Shown: positions 17,726 to 28,229, numbered from the whole stretch's first letter. The stretch is 59,949 nt of DNA, filler included, from Nanobdellati archaeon (GCA_013152815.1; 5 parts of 5 records of this genome joined end to end with filler, not necessarily neighbours in it); one strand, 5' to 3'. The notes: generated by a model not told the origin, from the sequence alone. Translations and numbers: made by a program.

Positions 17726-18262
17726 TCAATGGATAAACCTTCTGAAACGGACAGAGGAGACCATGAGCAAGGCAGAGAGCAGGAGAAGATAAGGAAAGAA
17801 AGCAGGAGACAGGCCGAGATAGACCGCAAGAGGGAAGATGAACCCGTTCATGGTGATGGGCATGCCGATGAAATGGCTGTTGACCTCGCCCTGCTCTGCC
17901 GGAGCATCTTCTCTGACATTATATCGCGCAAGCCGAAGCATGCCCGCCACCAGCAGCAGCATCCCACCCACCAGGACAGGCCATGATGGATACAGGGCAT
18001 AGACAAGAAAAGCAGGAGCAACCCCGAAAGAGATGATGTCAGCAAGACTGTCCAGTTCTTTTCCGAGAGAAGATGCCTTCTTCGACAGGCGGGCGATCTT
18101 TCCGTCAAGATAATCGAAGATGACCGCGAAGAGTATGAAAGCAGTCCCCAGAGGGAAGTTGCCCTGAAAAGAAGCTAGGATCGCAGAGAACCCGAAGATG
18201 CCGTTCAGGAGGGTGAACACGTCTGCTGTCTTCACCTGCTTCCACAACGACTCGCTGACCAT
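17726..18262 (-). CDS. pssA: CDP-alcohol phosphatidyltransferase (archaetidylserine synthase/PssA-like)
   Basis: DYLDGKIAR...GKELDSLADIISFGVAPA, LRLARYN, FIGMP. Confidence 0.88.
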   Translation of the reverse strand: MVSESLWKQVKTADVFTLLNGIFGFSAILASFQGNFPLGTAFILFAVIFDYLDGKIARLSKKASSLGKELDSLADIISFGVAPAFLVYALYPSWPVLVGGMLLLVAGMLRLARYNVREDAPAEQGEVNSHFIGMPITMNGFIFPLAVYLGLSPAFFPYLLLLSALLMVSSVRFRRFIH

Positions 18263-18363
18263 GAACAGACCTCTTTTTTCTGGATTATTTTCGGGATTAT
18301 CATTCAGTCAGGAGACAACAGGCAGCACCGTCGCCCGATACGCCCCAATACAGCATATGCAGA

Positions 18364-19035
18364 CTATGTCCTTTTCGTCCTGCTCTTCGTCCTGCTCTTC
18401 GCCTTTGATCCGGTCTTCTTCGGCCCGGTCTTTGTAGAGCGGGACTTCACCGACCGTAGCTTGTCTCTCATCTCAAGCTCGAAGACCATCTCGTCAAGGC
18501 GTTTGAGGTCCCACTTGATGGCATCGAACTTCTTCCTCAATTCCCCGCCATAGAAGGTAAAGGTCATGAGGTTCAGATAGATCTCCTGGACAAAATCCCG
18601 GGTCTTCACGATCTCCTTGAAATCTCCACGCGAACCCGCATTGACGGCGAAACGGATGAGCTCGCCCGTCAGGTCAGAGATGCCCATCAGGTAGAACTCA
18701 GTATCCACACCGAGGGATGCTGGATCGAGGAGCTTGCCGGTCTTGACATAATGGAGATAGCACATGGCCTCGACATATTCCATGACCGCGACCTTGAAAG
18801 CTCCCTGGCAATAAAGCTTCTTGTCCACAAGACCCTGCATCTTCGCCAACACGTTCTTCATGTCGGTCGCATAGGAAGCGGCCGGTCTCAGGTCATGACG
18901 ATGCAGAGAATAGATGACCTGCTTGGAAAGCTTGATGACATCCCTCGACAGTCTGATGACCCGTTCTCTCCGCTCGTCATGCGCCTCCAGATCGTTCCTG
19001 AGCTTCTTGAAGATATTATTCTCGATGATGGCCAT
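18364..19035 (-). CDS. Translin/TRAX family protein
   Basis: DERRERVIRLSRDV, MEYVEA, YLMGISDLTGELIR, LRKKFD motifs. Basic C-terminal tail. Confidence 0.88.
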   Translation of the reverse strand: MAIIENNIFKKLRNDLEAHDERRERVIRLSRDVIKLSKQVIYSLHRHDLRPAASYATDMKNVLAKMQGLVDKKLYCQGAFKVAVMEYVEAMCYLHYVKTGKLLDPASLGVDTEFYLMGISDLTGELIRFAVNAGSRGDFKEIVKTRDFVQEIYLNLMTFTFYGGELRKKFDAIKWDLKRLDEMVFELEMRDKLRSVKSRSTKTGPKKTGSKAKSRTKSRTKRT

Positions 19036-19058
19036 TGCTGTGGCAAAGGGTTATAGCC

Positions 19059-19111
19059 TATTTAAACTTTTCCTCGGGCCGACAGAGCCAGAAAATCGAA
19101 ACTTTTATAAA
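19059..19111. promoter_or_regulatory. Back-to-back archaeal BRE/TATA promoters
   Basis: Minus-strand TTTAAATA (19059-19066) 24 nt from the translin ATG. Plus-strand CGAAA then TTTTATAAA (19103-19111) 24 nt from ATG 19135. Confidence 0.65.
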
Positions 19112-19134
19112 CAATAAAAAGGATTTTTTGTCTG

Positions 19135-19698
19135 ATGGTAGTTGAGAGCTCATTCAGAGGAGTCATCCATTTTATGGACGATCTCGGCATCTATGATGTT
19201 GTACTGCCATTCTTGCTCGTCTTCACCATCGTCTTTGCCATCCTGGAGAAATCGAAGATCTTCGGCACCGAAGAGTTCGAAGGCAAGGCATACACCAAGA
19301 AGAACCTCAATTCCATGGTGGCCTTTGTCATGGCCTTCCTTGTTGTTGCTTCCACACGGCTCGTCGCCGTGATCAACCAGGCCATCGCAAACATCGTCCT
19401 GCTTCTCATACTCATCGTGATGTTCCTCATGCTCATCGGATCCTTCTTCAAGGAATCAGAGGACGTGTTCCTCAAAGGAGGCTGGCGGACCGCATTCATG
19501 GCAGCGGTCCTCATCGCCATCATCCTCATCTTCCTCGACGCACTGGACTGGCTGGAGGTTGTCATCGCCTTCGTAGAGCGTAACATAGCCACCGCCTGGT
19601 TCGAATCGCTGGTGCTCATCGGCTTTGTGGCCCTTTTCATGTGGCTCATCACCAAGAATTCCCATAAACCGACCAAGAAACCGAGCGAAGAAGACTGA
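19135..19698 (+). CDS. Uncharacterised membrane protein, paralog 1
   Basis: GIYDVVLPFLLVFTIVFAILEKSKIFG...KNLN, multi-TM. Confidence 0.85.
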   Translation: MVVESSFRGVIHFMDDLGIYDVVLPFLLVFTIVFAILEKSKIFGTEEFEGKAYTKKNLNSMVAFVMAFLVVASTRLVAVINQAIANIVLLLILIVMFLMLIGSFFKESEDVFLKGGWRTAFMAAVLIAIILIFLDALDWLEVVIAFVERNIATAWFESLVLIGFVALFMWLITKNSHKPTKKPSEED

Positions 19699-19842
19699 AG
19701 GACATCTATGACCCCTGAGGAACCTCAGGAAAGAGAGGAGGGAAAAGAGAGTCTGCTGTCCACGCTTCAGTAAGTAACTTCAGTAACATTTATATATGAT
19801 AACAATAATAAAAAGCGTATCCTAAAAGGAGGTCGATAGAAA

Positions 19843-20436
19843 ATGGCTAATGGTCTGCTTCAGCTCGAAGAATTCATCATTCTATTAGACAGGTGGGGGA
19901 TCAGGGACGTCTTGCTTCCCTTTCTCCTGATCTTCACGGTGTTCTTTGCCATCTTCCAGAAGTCGAAGATCCTGGGAGAGGACCAGAAGAACATGAACCT
20001 GGGCATATCGGTCATCATCGCCCTCATGACCGTGGTCCCCCATGTGGTGGGCTGGTATGCAAACCCCAATTGGGACCCCATCGAGATCATCAACAGGAGC
20101 ATCCCGACCGTATCGGTGGTGGTCATCGCCATCGTCATGCTCCTTGTGCTCATCGGCCTGTTCGGCGGAGAGGTCCATCTTTTCGGCAAATCTCTCGCCG
20201 GCTGGATAACGGTCCTGAGCGTGCTCATCATCCTCGTCATCTTCGGTGATGCTGCCAACTGGTGGACCCTTGACTGGCTGTACAACATCTTCGGCCAGGA
20301 TGTCCTCTCGGTCATCATCATCCTGCTCGTGTTCGGCCTTCTCGTCGGGTTCATAGCCGGCGGCGGAGATAAGGACAAGGACGAAGGCCCTGGATTCAAC
20401 GAACGGATGGGCAAGATGTTCGACAAGAGCCACTAG
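19843..20436 (+). CDS. Uncharacterised membrane protein, paralog 2
   Basis: GIRDVLLPFLLIFTVFFAIFQKSKILG...KNMN, AAGGAGGT SD. Confidence 0.85.
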   Translation: MANGLLQLEEFIILLDRWGIRDVLLPFLLIFTVFFAIFQKSKILGEDQKNMNLGISVIIALMTVVPHVVGWYANPNWDPIEIINRSIPTVSVVVIAIVMLLVLIGLFGGEVHLFGKSLAGWITVLSVLIILVIFGDAANWWTLDWLYNIFGQDVLSVIIILLVFGLLVGFIAGGGDKDKDEGPGFNERMGKMFDKSH

Positions 20437-20451
20437 GGAGGAGGGCAGTCC

Positions 20452-21036
20452 ATGGCGAACCCTCTGGATGTCGGTCTCCTGGACTCTCTTTCTATTATTT
20501 TTTCCATGATCCTTGTGTTCGCCATCGTCTACGGCATCCTCATGAAAGCCAAGGCCTTCGGCGACAACAACGGACTCCATGCGCTGGTAGCGCTGGTCTC
20601 CGCCCTCTTCCTCGCCTTCGCACCGGGCGTCAACAGGGTCATCGTCACCATGGTGCCCTGGTTCATCCTGATGTTCATCTTCCTGCTCCTGCTGCTCCAG
20701 TTCTATTCGTTCATGGGCGTGAAGGAGAGCTACCTGTTCGAATCGTTCAAGAAAGACAAGAGCATCTCCACCTGGTTCCTGGTGGTTGGCTTCATCATCC
20801 TCATCGCATCATTGGGCAGCGTCTATTTCACCTCAAGCAACAGCACCACAGGCACCACGGCAGTGGCGGACATGAATCAGGACGGATTCACACCCACTGC
20901 AGACGTGGGAGCGACCGGAACAGGCGCCTTCTTTGCCACCCTCTTCCACCCCAAGATATTAGGAGCCATCATGGTCATGCTCATAGGGACCTTCACCATC
21001 ATGCTCCTCGCCTCGGGCGGTTCCACCAAAGGATGA
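20452..21036 (+). CDS. Uncharacterised membrane protein, paralog 3
   Basis: IIFSMILVFAIVYGILMKAKAFG..NNGLH, C-terminal TLFHPKILG. Confidence 0.85.
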   Translation: MANPLDVGLLDSLSIIFSMILVFAIVYGILMKAKAFGDNNGLHALVALVSALFLAFAPGVNRVIVTMVPWFILMFIFLLLLLQFYSFMGVKESYLFESFKKDKSISTWFLVVGFIILIASLGSVYFTSSNSTTGTTAVADMNQDGFTPTADVGATGTGAFFATLFHPKILGAIMVMLIGTFTIMLLASGGSTKG

Positions 21037-21367
21037 TGACGGCGTAAGGAACAATGGGCCGCAGGGACAGAGGCCATACTCTTCTTACGTGATTATCGCT
21101 CCTCTTTCTCTATCCTGATAAGAAAGATAGAGAGAATGCTGTTCACATCAGACGCGAAAGGAGATAGATGGCCAATACGCCTGCCAGTGACCCAAGAACA
21201 CCCATCCTGACAAGGTCTTTATCTTCCATGAGCCATCGTGTATGGTCTGGGACTATTAAGGCTTGGCCATCCGTCTGGAATGAGATTTCGGCAGCAGAGA
21301 AGAGGTTCTGGTGGTGAGCGGATGATTTCCATAAGCTTTAATAAGCTGGCGTCATTTTCACGACGAC

Positions 21368-23281
21368 ATGATTGAGGAATTCAAGGAGTTCACCTTCAAG
21401 GACACCAGCGAGATAGCGGTTCCGAAACGCATCGTAGACCAGGTCATAGGCCAGGACAACGCAGTGAATGTCATCACCAAGGCCGCTAGGAAAGGGAGAC
21501 ACGTCCTGCTCATCGGAGAGCCGGGAACAGGAAAGTCCATGCTCGGCCTCGCGCTCGCAGAGATCATGGGCAAGGAGAAACTGGTGGACATCCTCTCGTT
21601 CCCCAACCCCAACGATGAGAACACCCCCTTGATACGGACGGTCCCTGCCGGCAAAGGAAGGGAGATCATCGCCAAATCGAAGATCGAATCCATGGGCATG
21701 CTGAAGAACCAGAACGTCCTGCTCTTCGTGCTCGCCATCATCTCCATGATCGCTCCCTGGTGGATCCGCAGCTCCTACCTCGCAGAAAAGGGAGGATCGC
21801 CCACCTCAGCATCCATCATGTTCGCCGCATTCTTCATGGGAGGCATGCTCTTCCTCGCCTCCTTCGTCATCTTCCTCAACCTGGGGAAGAAGATGGCTCC
21901 CAACAAGACACAGGCCCCGAAGATCATCGTGGACAACTACAAGAGGAAACAGGCCCCGTTCTACGATGCCACCGGTGCCCATGCAGGAGCATTGCTGGGA
22001 GACGTCCTCCACGATCCGTTCCAGTCAGGAGGATTGGGGACCCCGGCCCATGAACGGGTCGTTGCGGGAATGATCCACAAGTGTAATATGGGCGTGCTTT
22101 TCATCGACGAGATAGCCACCCTGCAGCCTGCCACGCAGCAGGAACTGCTCAGTGCTCTCCAGGAAGGAAAGTATGCCATCACCGGACAGTCTGAGCGTAG
22201 TGCAGGAGCCATGGTGCGGACAGAGCCCGTGCCCTGCAAGTTCATCATGATCGCAGCAGGAAATCTGGAGACCGTCAAGAACCTGCATCCGGCCCTTCGG
22301 AGCAGGATCAGAGGATATGGCTATGAGGCCTTCATGAACGAGACCATCAAGGACACCAAGGAAAACCGCATGAAGATTGCCACGTTTATCGCACAGGAGA
22401 TCAAGAAAGACGGAAAGATCCCTCACTTCTCAAGAGAGGCGATCATCCTTATCATCCAGGAGGCCAAGATGATGGCCAACCGGAAAGGGCATCTTACCCT
22501 GCGGCTCAGGGAACTCGGCGGCCTTGTCAGGGCATCGGGCGACATCGCATCGGAGGAAAGGGCAAAGCTTGTCCTGCCCAACCACATCATGAAGGCAAGG
22601 AAGATATCCCGCACCCTGGAGCATCAGATCGCTGACAAGATCATCGAACGGAAAAGAGAATATGAGGTCATCAAGGTGACCGGAACCCAGATAGGAAGGG
22701 TCAACGGCCTGGCCGTCATGGGCGGAGGATCGGCCTTCTCCGGCATCATCCTGCCCATAGAGTCGGCAGTCACCCCCGGAGGGAAAGAGAACAAGGTCGT
22801 CGCCACCGGAAAGCTCGGCGAGATCGCCAAGGAAGCCATCCAGAACGTGACCGCCATCATCAAGAAATATTTCGGAGAAGACATCAAGGGACAGTATGAC
22901 ATCTATATCCAGTTCCTCCAGACCTATGAGGGCGTCGAGGGGGATTCCGCCTCTGTCGCCGTCGCGACGGCCATCATCTCTGCCTTAAAACAGGTCCCGG
23001 TCCGCCAGAACTACGCCATGACCGGCTCGCTCTCGGTCAGAGGAGAGGTCCTTCCTGTCGGAGGGGTATCCTCCAAGGTCAGTGCAGCGATCGACACCGG
23101 TATCGAGAAGGTCATCGTCCCCCAGGCAAACCTCAGGGACATCATCCTTCCGAAGGAGATGGTCGGGAAGATAAAGATCGTCCCTGTCGAGACCATCGCC
23201 CAGGTGCTGGAAGAGACCCTCGACTGGAAAGGCAAGGAATCAGTGCTGAAGAAGATCAAGGCGGCCAACGGCAGCAGATGA
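21368..23281 (+). CDS. lonB: Archaeal membrane-bound ATP-dependent protease LonB
   Basis: [14 protein letters not shown], two TM helices inside the AAA domain, catalytic GDSAS and downstream Lys (VGGVSSK). No intein. Confidence 0.95.
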   Translation: MIEEFKEFTFKDTSEIAVPKRIVDQVIGQDNAVNVITKAARKGRHVLLIGEPGTGKSMLGLALAEIMGKEKLVDILSFPNPNDENTPLIRTVPAGKGREIIAKSKIESMGMLKNQNVLLFVLAIISMIAPWWIRSSYLAEKGGSPTSASIMFAAFFMGGMLFLASFVIFLNLGKKMAPNKTQAPKIIVDNYKRKQAPFYDATGAHAGALLGDVLHDPFQSGGLGTPAHERVVAGMIHKCNMGVLFIDEIATLQPATQQELLSALQEGKYAITGQSERSAGAMVRTEPVPCKFIMIAAGNLETVKNLHPALRSRIRGYGYEAFMNETIKDTKENRMKIATFIAQEIKKDGKIPHFSREAIILIIQEAKMMANRKGHLTLRLRELGGLVRASGDIASEERAKLVLPNHIMKARKISRTLEHQIADKIIERKREYEVIKVTGTQIGRVNGLAVMGGGSAFSGIILPIESAVTPGGKENKVVATGKLGEIAKEAIQNVTAIIKKYFGEDIKGQYDIYIQFLQTYEGVEGDSASVAVATAIISALKQVPVRQNYAMTGSLSVRGEVLPVGGVSSKVSAAIDTGIEKVIVPQANLRDIILPKEMVGKIKIVPVETIAQVLEETLDWKGKESVLKKIKAANGSR

Positions 23282-23341
23282 ATACTGCCGTCTGCGTCTG
23301 ATGCTCATTCTTATTCTTGTGTTGGATGATCGTCCATCTTT

Positions 23342-25222
23342 TCAGAATCCGCAGGTGGGGCTGATGGGACTGTCCTGCCGGGAGAGGCTCACTCCGCTCG
23401 AGAGCTGCTCATCGCAGGAAGGAGGCGGCGTCTCGAAGAACGAGCAGATGAAACGCTTGAAGGATTCAGGGCTGGATGGTCCCACATATTCTTCGCCGTC
23501 GACAAAAAGCGAAGGCGCTGCCAGCACATGCATAGCATCGAGCAAGGGCCGTTCATCGTCGAGGAGAGCCTGCCTCTCCTGATCATAGCAGCTTCTGATG
23601 ATACCTGGATCGACACCGGCCCGGGCCGCAGCATCCTTCCAGCAGGAATCCGCATCATCCCGGCAGGAGGAGAGGGACGCGGAGAAATTGAACCAGGCAT
23701 CGATGCCTGCATGATTGAAGACACAGAGACTGCGCACATCCTGCTGCAGTTCGACGAGACCCAGAGGAGAACAGAAATGACGGTCGGCATCAAGGCAGGC
23801 GGTCTTTCCGGAAGGAGTGAGGCCGTCAAAGAAGAGGTAGTGGGGGACGACATCGATGGAATCTCCCAGCAGATCGACCACCGGAAGCAGGGCCTCTTCA
23901 GCCTCGGCGACATAGGGGCAGGTCCCCATGGAGAAGAAGTCGACCCTCGGCCTGTTGTCCCCTGTCCTGATGCCGATCTTCTGCAGATAGGACGCCCTGG
24001 CCTGCTCGCTGATGGGATACCGTGCCCGGGTCATGACATCCTTCATCCTGAAATGGGTGAGGTCTGCGGGCTGGAACGCCCCGCGGATGGGCGGATTTTT
24101 TATCCAGGTGTAGGTCTTGGTCACGTCCTGGGAGAAGAGGAAGACCGGCAGAAGGGTGAGATGAAGCTTTTTCACATAGGCCTGGGCCTCGGGGGTGGAG
24201 ATGTCGATGGTACGATGATGCACTCCCCTGAAGAGCTTCTCGTCGGTCAGGATGACGCGGGAGGTGTCACAGGAACGGCAGTCCTTGTCGTTGATCACGA
24301 TGACCTCGAAATCCACCGGATCGGCATAGACACAGCGGGCAACATCGCTCGACGCGTCCTCGCAGATACCGACCCTGTCTGGCTCTGCGGTGCAGTCCCG
24401 GTCAGAATTGCAGGCAGGGGTGTTCGCACATGCAGGATGATCCCCCAGACGTGCACAGATGCCCCGGAGGTAAGAGGCAGCATCTCTCCTGCCGCTGTAG
24501 GTGATGTTATTGATGAAAAGTGTCGGACTTCCGTGTACGTTTCGGCGGGCCGAATCCTCAACAGATGCCTCAAGGAGCTGCTGTCCTTCTTCACCCGCAT
24601 AACAGGTCTTGATCGCAGCAATCTGAGAAGGGTCCATGCCGACAGCAGAAGCACACGATCCCCAATTAGACGGGATGGAAGAGACGTCCTTGTTCATGCA
24701 GACGACCAGATCGAGAAAGGATGCAGGAGCATGCTCCTGCGCGCAGAGCTGCACAATATCTCCCTGGACCTCTTCCGGACCATGGAGGGAGACAAATCCC
24801 GAGCCTTGCCGGTTGACGATGTAGTGGATCTTCAGCGAGACGCTATCTCCGAACTGCTCGATGACCGGCTTCAAAGCATTCTCGGCGAGCGTCCCATAGG
24901 GACACCTGCTCGTGACATAGAGATCGAGCTTCGCAGATCTCGCGATGGGTGCAGTCTCAGCGGGTTCAAGGCCTTCCTCAACCTGTTCCATCTGCTCGTC
25001 GAAGGCAATGAAATACACCAGAAAACCGACGACCACAAGCAGGATCAGCAAGGAGGAGACAACGAGCGCATGGCTATGATGGCTTCCATGGCTGCGATGG
25101 TGACGATCCGAAGAGGAGGACGAAGATGATAAAGAGGAGGATGGCCTGCCTTTCTTCCCGGCGGCCTTCCTGACGGCCTTCTGCTTCTTCCGATGCTCGC
25201 CTTTCCTCTTCGTGTTCTTCAT
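23342..25222 (-). CDS. Membrane-anchored multi-thioredoxin-fold (DsbA/GILT-like) protein
   Basis: TM anchor, LYVTSRCPYG..SLHGPEE..GSPTLFIN, CRSC domain, second FFSMGTCPY..APSLFVDG domain, Cys-rich linkers. Confidence 0.75.
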   Translation of the reverse strand: MKNTKRKGEHRKKQKAVRKAAGKKGRPSSSLSSSSSSSDRHHRSHGSHHSHALVVSSLLILLVVVGFLVYFIAFDEQMEQVEEGLEPAETAPIARSAKLDLYVTSRCPYGTLAENALKPVIEQFGDSVSLKIHYIVNRQGSGFVSLHGPEEVQGDIVQLCAQEHAPASFLDLVVCMNKDVSSIPSNWGSCASAVGMDPSQIAAIKTCYAGEEGQQLLEASVEDSARRNVHGSPTLFINNITYSGRRDAASYLRGICARLGDHPACANTPACNSDRDCTAEPDRVGICEDASSDVARCVYADPVDFEVIVINDKDCRSCDTSRVILTDEKLFRGVHHRTIDISTPEAQAYVKKLHLTLLPVFLFSQDVTKTYTWIKNPPIRGAFQPADLTHFRMKDVMTRARYPISEQARASYLQKIGIRTGDNRPRVDFFSMGTCPYVAEAEEALLPVVDLLGDSIDVVPHYLFFDGLTPSGKTACLDADRHFCSPLGLVELQQDVRSLCVFNHAGIDAWFNFSASLSSCRDDADSCWKDAAARAGVDPGIIRSCYDQERQALLDDERPLLDAMHVLAAPSLFVDGEEYVGPSSPESFKRFICSFFETPPPSCDEQLSSGVSLSRQDSPISPTCGF

Positions 25223-25243
25223 GGTTCACCTCTACTGCAGATG

Positions 25244-26503
25244 TCATCCGAAGGTGATCTCTTTCCCTCTCATCGGAAAGACCTTATCATCCTCGAAGGC
25301 CACCTGGCCGCCTACGATGGTCATCACCGGCATCCCCGTCACTTTCCAGCCATCGTAGGGAGTCCAGCCGCATCGGGAAAGCTGCTCATCATCCCTCAGG
25401 GTATGCTCTCTCCTGAGATCCACAAGGGTGATGTCAGCATCATGGCCCGGCAGGAGATGTCCTTTGCGCTGCATCCGGAATATCGATGCAGGACGTTCAG
25501 ACGTGAGCTGTACAAGACGCTGGAGCGAGAGCCTTCTCTTATTCACCGCATCCAGCAGCAGGGGAAGCAGGGTCTGCACACCAGGGAGGCCTGCGGGGGC
25601 ATCTTCATAGGGAAGATCCTTCTCTTCCAGGAGATGGGGAGCATGATCTGTCGCGATGATATCGACTTTGTCCAGATCTCTCCAGAGAAGCGCCTGCTCT
25701 TCCTTGCTTCTCACCGCGGGATTGACCTTTAGCCGGGTCCCCAACGTCTGATAATGGGAAGTATTGAGGAAGAGATGATGAGGCGTCACCTCGACCGTGG
25801 CATGATGCGCTTTCGCTCTCCTGACCTCGTCGAGGGTGGAAGCATGGGCGACATGAACACTGGCGTTCCCCTTAAGCGTGAAGAACCGTTCCAATGCGCT
25901 GAGGGCCGCCTCCTTTGTCCGGATAGACGAATGGACCGAAGGAGCTGTCTCCCCGGCATGGTCTTCTTTGTTCTTCTCGATGATGGCCTGGTCCTCGGCA
26001 TGGATGACGACCCGTCGTGTCTCAGACAGGATTTTCTCGACGGTGGCGTCGCTGACCATCATCCGACCGGTCGACTGCCCAAGATAGAGCTTCACCGAGG
26101 CGATATTCCTGACCTGACGTATCTCTTCGAGGTTCGTCTCAGTCGAGCCGAAATGGAAACCGTAGTTGACCAGGGATCTCTTCGCAAGCTCCCGGACATT
26201 CTCCAGCTCCATGAGGGTGGTGGTCGGCGGCCTGACATTGGGCATGGTGAGAACAGAGGTCACCCCTCCGGCAGCTGCTGCCTGACTGCCTGTCAAGTAA
26301 TCTTCCTTGTCTGTCTGGCCTGGCTCACGGAAGTGCACATGGGCATCGATGATGCCTGGCAAGGCGATGAGCCCCTTCGCATTGACCCCTTTTCCGTTCA
26401 AGGACGTCCCCATCTCGACGATCTTTCCGTCTTCGACATAGATATCTCTCTCCACAAGCTTTCCATCAAGCAGCACCTTCGCCGATTTGATGAGGAGTTC
26501 CAT
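25244..26503 (-). CDS. pyrC: Dihydroorotase
   Basis: PGIIDAHVHFREPG, AAAAGGVTSV..MPN, EVTPHHL, KVNP, ATDHAPH. Confidence 0.9.
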   Translation of the reverse strand: MELLIKSAKVLLDGKLVERDIYVEDGKIVEMGTSLNGKGVNAKGLIALPGIIDAHVHFREPGQTDKEDYLTGSQAAAAGGVTSVLTMPNVRPPTTTLMELENVRELAKRSLVNYGFHFGSTETNLEEIRQVRNIASVKLYLGQSTGRMMVSDATVEKILSETRRVVIHAEDQAIIEKNKEDHAGETAPSVHSSIRTKEAALSALERFFTLKGNASVHVAHASTLDEVRRAKAHHATVEVTPHHLFLNTSHYQTLGTRLKVNPAVRSKEEQALLWRDLDKVDIIATDHAPHLLEEKDLPYEDAPAGLPGVQTLLPLLLDAVNKRRLSLQRLVQLTSERPASIFRMQRKGHLLPGHDADITLVDLRREHTLRDDEQLSRCGWTPYDGWKVTGMPVMTIVGGQVAFEDDKVFPMRGKEITFG

Positions 26504-26601
26504 GCGAAAAACTGAGCAGGAGCAGGATTATATACTTTTCTGTCGGGTCAGTGCAAAAGCTGAAGGTAGGTTTTTATATGTCCTGCTGTTCTTCAGGCAT
26601 C

Positions 26602-27588
26602 ATGATCGTCCTCGGCATCGAAAGCACGGCCCATACCTTCGGGGCGGGCATCATGGATGGACAGGGCAATGCCCTCGCCAACGTCAAAGACAGCTATGTC
26701 ACGAAGAAGGGAGGCATGATCCCTGCCCGGGCAGCGCAGCACCATGTGGAGGTCTGCGGCGATGTCATCAGAAGAGCGATGGAAACAGCCAGGCTGCGAT
26801 GGAAGGACATCGACGCCATCGCCTTCTCCCAGGGACCCGGCATCGGCCATTCCCTCAGGATAGGAGCCATGATGACGCGCTCCCTGGCATCCCGTCTTGG
26901 ACTTCCCCTTGTGGGTGTCAACCATTGCATAGCCCATCTGGAGATAGGAAGGGTCATGACCAGAGCGAAGGATCCTGTATTGTTGTATGTCTCCGGAGCC
27001 AATACCCAGATCATCGCCTATGAAGGGAAGAAGTACCGCATCTTTGGAGAGACCCTCGACATCGGCGTCGGGAACCTTCTTGACAGCTTCGCGAGGACGC
27101 TCGGCCTGGGATTCCCAGGAGGACCGAAGATAGCCGAGCTGGCGTCGAAAGGGAAGACCTACATCAAGATACCCTATGCGGTCAAGGGCATGGATGTCTC
27201 CTTCGGCGGCATCAACACCTTCCTCAAGAACATGATCAGGGAAGGCAAGCATACAAAAGAGGACCTTTGCTATTCTCTTCAGGAGACGATCTTCGCCATG
27301 CTCCTCGAGGTATCGGAAAGGGCCATGGCCCATTGCGGCAAGAACGAGCTGGTGCTGGGGGGAGGCGTCGCCTGCAATACCCGGCTGCAGGAGATGGCAG
27401 GACAGATGTGCAGGGAACGGGGAGCCAGGATGTATGTGCCAGAGAACCAGTACCTGACCGACAACGGCGCCATGATCGCCTGGCTCGGGCTTCTGCAATA
27501 CAAAGCAGGGAACAGGACAAGTATAGAAGAATCAGTCACCCTGCCTTACCAACGGACAGATGATGTGGAAGTGACCTGGAGAAACTAA
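26602..27588 (+). CDS. kae1: tRNA t6A threonylcarbamoyltransferase Kae1
   Basis: LGIESTAHTFG, AFSQGPG, VNHCIAHLE, YVSGANTQ, DNGAMIA. TTTTTATA box about 24 nt before ATG 26602. Confidence 0.95.
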   Translation: MIVLGIESTAHTFGAGIMDGQGNALANVKDSYVTKKGGMIPARAAQHHVEVCGDVIRRAMETARLRWKDIDAIAFSQGPGIGHSLRIGAMMTRSLASRLGLPLVGVNHCIAHLEIGRVMTRAKDPVLLYVSGANTQIIAYEGKKYRIFGETLDIGVGNLLDSFARTLGLGFPGGPKIAELASKGKTYIKIPYAVKGMDVSFGGINTFLKNMIREGKHTKEDLCYSLQETIFAMLLEVSERAMAHCGKNELVLGGGVACNTRLQEMAGQMCRERGARMYVPENQYLTDNGAMIAWLGLLQYKAGNRTSIEESVTLPYQRTDDVEVTWRN

Positions 27589-27613
27589 CGGTTTCTCGGA
27601 TAGATCCTTCAAG

Positions 27614-27976
27614 TCATCGCACGATCTCGACCTGTTTCATCCCGTTGAAGGCACGGTCACCGGTGACAAATATCAGATCATTTTCAAGAGCGTAGAGGTA
27701 ACCTAAAGCATCCACATAAGAAAACCGTTTCTTTCGATATTTCCATCGAAAAGCCATCGCCTTTCCGATGAGTGACAGAGGGATGCGCATCGCCATCTTC
27801 TCAAAGACACGAAAAACATGCCATGAAGTTCGTTCATTATATTCTCTGAGAAAATAATAGAAAAGTTCTGCAAGATTATAATCGAGCGTATAGGCGGTTT
27901 TATCAACATATTCCTGAAGTTCTTTCTTTCTCTTCGTCATCTCAATGAGAATATAGGTATCATAGAAGTATTCCAT
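27614..27976 (-). CDS. vapC: PIN domain toxin (VapC-like)
   Basis: YFYDTY..IE, NLAE, SYVDAL, VTGDRAF acidic PIN residues. Confidence 0.88.
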   Translation of the reverse strand: MEYFYDTYILIEMTKRKKELQEYVDKTAYTLDYNLAELFYYFLREYNERTSWHVFRVFEKMAMRIPLSLIGKAMAFRWKYRKKRFSYVDALGYLYALENDLIFVTGDRAFNGMKQVEIVR

Positions 27977-27977
27977 C

Positions 27978-28229
27978 TTAATCATACTTACTGAATTCTT
28001 TATCTAATTCCTTCAATACGGCCCGGGTTGATCTTCCTGATCTCGGCTTGACACCGTTTAACATGCCCCATGCCTCCCTCAAAGGATTCACCTTCGGTCG
28101 GATTTTTACTTCCACCACATCATCAATATCCAACCCTTCTTTCTTCAATTCCTTCTTGGGCAAGACTATACCTATGGAATTGCCCCACCCTTTCAATCTG
28201 GTTTCGGTTATTATCACAGGCACCACCAA
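27978..28229 (-). CDS. vapB: AbrB/MazE-fold antitoxin (VapB-like)
   Basis: LKGWGNSIGIVLPK motif directly upstream of the PIN gene. Start may be GTG 28217. Confidence 0.88.
   Translation of the reverse strand: MVVPVIITETRLKGWGNSIGIVLPKKELKKEGLDIDDVVEVKIRPKVNPLREAWGMLNGVKPRSGRSTRAVLKELDKEFSKYD

Noticed and set aside
21368..23281. Intein in LonB
   Set aside because: Length and motif spacing are continuous, with no intein-like insert
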